A stretch of DNA of 64,000 nucleotides from Tricharina praecox. Taxonomy: Eukaryota. Positions within the stretch are counted from its first letter, which is position 1. Each line of letters starts with the position of its first letter. The stretch is from the NCBI RefSeq assembly GCF_024521635.1, contig NW_026250404.1:2232001-2296000 (forward strand), given 5' to 3'. Of this stretch, positions 62,204-64,000 are shown piece after piece. A model generated the notes under the pieces. The model was not told where the DNA came from. It saw only the letters and a list, made by a program, of their open reading frames with translations, and did not search any database. Made by a program: the position numbers and the translations under genes.

Positions 62204-64000
62204 CTAAGCGGCACCCTGATGCATCATTCCGGCGGCGCCACCACCGCCAATACCACCAATGAAGCCACCCAGGCGCGTGCGCAGCTCGCGCTCGTTCTCG
62301 TCCTCGCCCTGCTGCGAGTGTGCGTGCGCGTGCATAGCGGTGGAGTGCGCGATCGCCTCGCCCGCCATCTTTTGCAGCTCCTCGTCCATGCCCTGGCCCA
62401 TCAGCTCGGGGTCGACCATGGCGTTGCTAGCGGCAGCGGCGGCGGCGTTGACGGCGTTGTTGTGGCTGGGAGTGGGTGCTGGCGGCTGCACGGAGAGCTG
62501 CGCGGCCATCGGGATTGGGCCCATGCTCGCGATGGGCGCGATGGGCAGCGACGGGTCCGGCGTGAGCGTGTACAGGTGGTGCACGAATTCCTGGGGTGGC
62601 GGGTGTTGTTGTTGTTGTTGTTGTTGGGGCTGCTGGGCGTGGGGCGCGGCGGGGGAGTGCGTGCTGATGGTGTTGTGCGAGGCGATTGAGGCGGCGTCGA
62701 TCGGCTGGCCGTCGGCGTTTTGGCTCGGGATGAAACGTATGCTGCGTTGCTCGACCGTGTACTTCTCTTGGATCTCTATGAGGAGCTGCTTTATGATCTC
62801 GCGGAGCGGGCGCCGCTTGTGCGGTATGTGCTTGCGGAACTCTTTGTAGGCGCTCTTGAGATCCTTGTGGGTCCTGGTGACGGGTCAGTATGTGTCGTGC
62901 TGGGTGATGCGCGGAGAACTTACCAGATTCCAACGTCCTTATCGTTTTTGGCGAACTGGTCCCACGGTATCTCATTCTCCTGGGTAGCACCGCAGTCACG
63001 AATCCTGTTCATCGGCATTAGTGTCGGCCTCCAACGTCGACCGGGGCGATTACGAAAGGACTCACAAGAAAAGTAGCCACTGCTCATCACCAGGCAGCAT
63101 ATCCTTGATGTCGAAACTGATACGCTTCTTCTTTCCGCCCACATACGTAACTCCAATCGGGGCCTGCTTGACCTTCTCCTTCTGGGCCAACATCTTCTTC
63201 CACTTGTATCGGCACTGAATCCGCGACCGTCTATTCTCCATCTGCTCCGAAACCGTGGTCCAGTTGATGAGGATGTTGTCTTCCTCTTCTGGCGCAGGAT
63301 TCGGCTTGCCCTGCTGGAGGATAAGCTGTCTGTTCTGCTCCTTGTGCTCCCGAACCGTCCTCTTGAGCAACTCCTCCTCCTCTTCGGTCCAACGATCGGT
63401 TCCACGACTATCGCCACATTTGACGTAGTTGCGGTAACGGTCACGACAGTCTTCGCCCATCCTCCCCATAGCTTCTCCTATGTCCTTCCACTTGTTGCCC
63501 TTGGACTTGACCAGTTCCGCCAATTCCGCATCCTCCTCGGCAGTCCACTTGGCGCGCTGCTGGAAGATGTGGCAGGATCGTCGAACATGCTTGTAGACAG
63601 AGGCGCGACTGCGGTTCGGAACAGCACTGCAGATGGAATCCCAGAACTCATCTTTGCGGCGGTTATTACCCCACACGCGATCCTTGAGCTCCTCCATCGT
63701 CATGCTCTGAACCCGGCAATAGTCTTGAAGAGCCTTATCGATGGCGAAGCGCTCATCGAGTGAAAAAGTGCCTCCGTTAATGGACTCACCCATGCCAGAG
63801 ACTGGCGTGGTTCCCCAACTCATCTTCTGTTCGCGGCGGACTACGGACTGCTGCTGCTTCCCTTCGGATTCGTCGATGGGGATCTCTTCTGCTTCGGGAA
63901 TATTCGGATTCGGTACGCGGCGGCGCTTCTTGGACTTCATGCTCTGATCTCCCCCAACTTCTCCGGCGATCTGAGCTGCGGCTTCGTCGAGCTGCATTAG
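62204..64000 (-). CDS. Myb-repeat DNA-binding protein of the Reb1/Nsi1/TTF-I/DMTF1 type; the 5' end probably lies beyond the window
   Basis: FWDSICSAVPNRSRASVYKHVRR, KWTAEEDAELAELVKSKGNKWKDIGEAMGRMGEDCRDRYRNY, RWTEEEE, INWTTVSEQMENRRSRIQCRYKW. Introns near 63066 and 62922. Confidence 0.88.

Overview
Eukaryotic DNA from a filamentous ascomycete (inferred from short GT-AG introns with CTRAC/CTGAT branch sites and fungal-type proteins). From left to right: (1) ~5 kb of repeat-rich, decayed DNA. (2) An accessory-looking block: GH92 alpha-mannosidase, a Legionella/Pseudomonas-type zinc phospholipase C, a pepsin-family protease without a signal peptide, and a spliced 82-aa secreted YKPP-repeat peptide gene missing from the ORF track. 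(3) Housekeeping genes: CUE3/ASCC2, ECO1, MSN5/exportin-5, VID27, KGD2, NDUFB9, an 874-aa disordered protein, H2B/H2A, FEN1, H1, MSS4, and the 3' part of a Reb1-like Myb gene. Two non-coding structures stand out. The first is an array of six homologous hairpins at 40.27-41.47 kb with conserved, covarying stems and variable loops downstream of a TATA-like box, a candidate polycistronic microRNA-like or structured-RNA locus. The second is a ~385-bp inverted duplication carrying the last codons of both CUE3 and ECO1, the expected scar of a staggered-break inversion. Gene names rest on motif recognition by eye. No searches or folding programs were run, and exon boundaries are hand-called.
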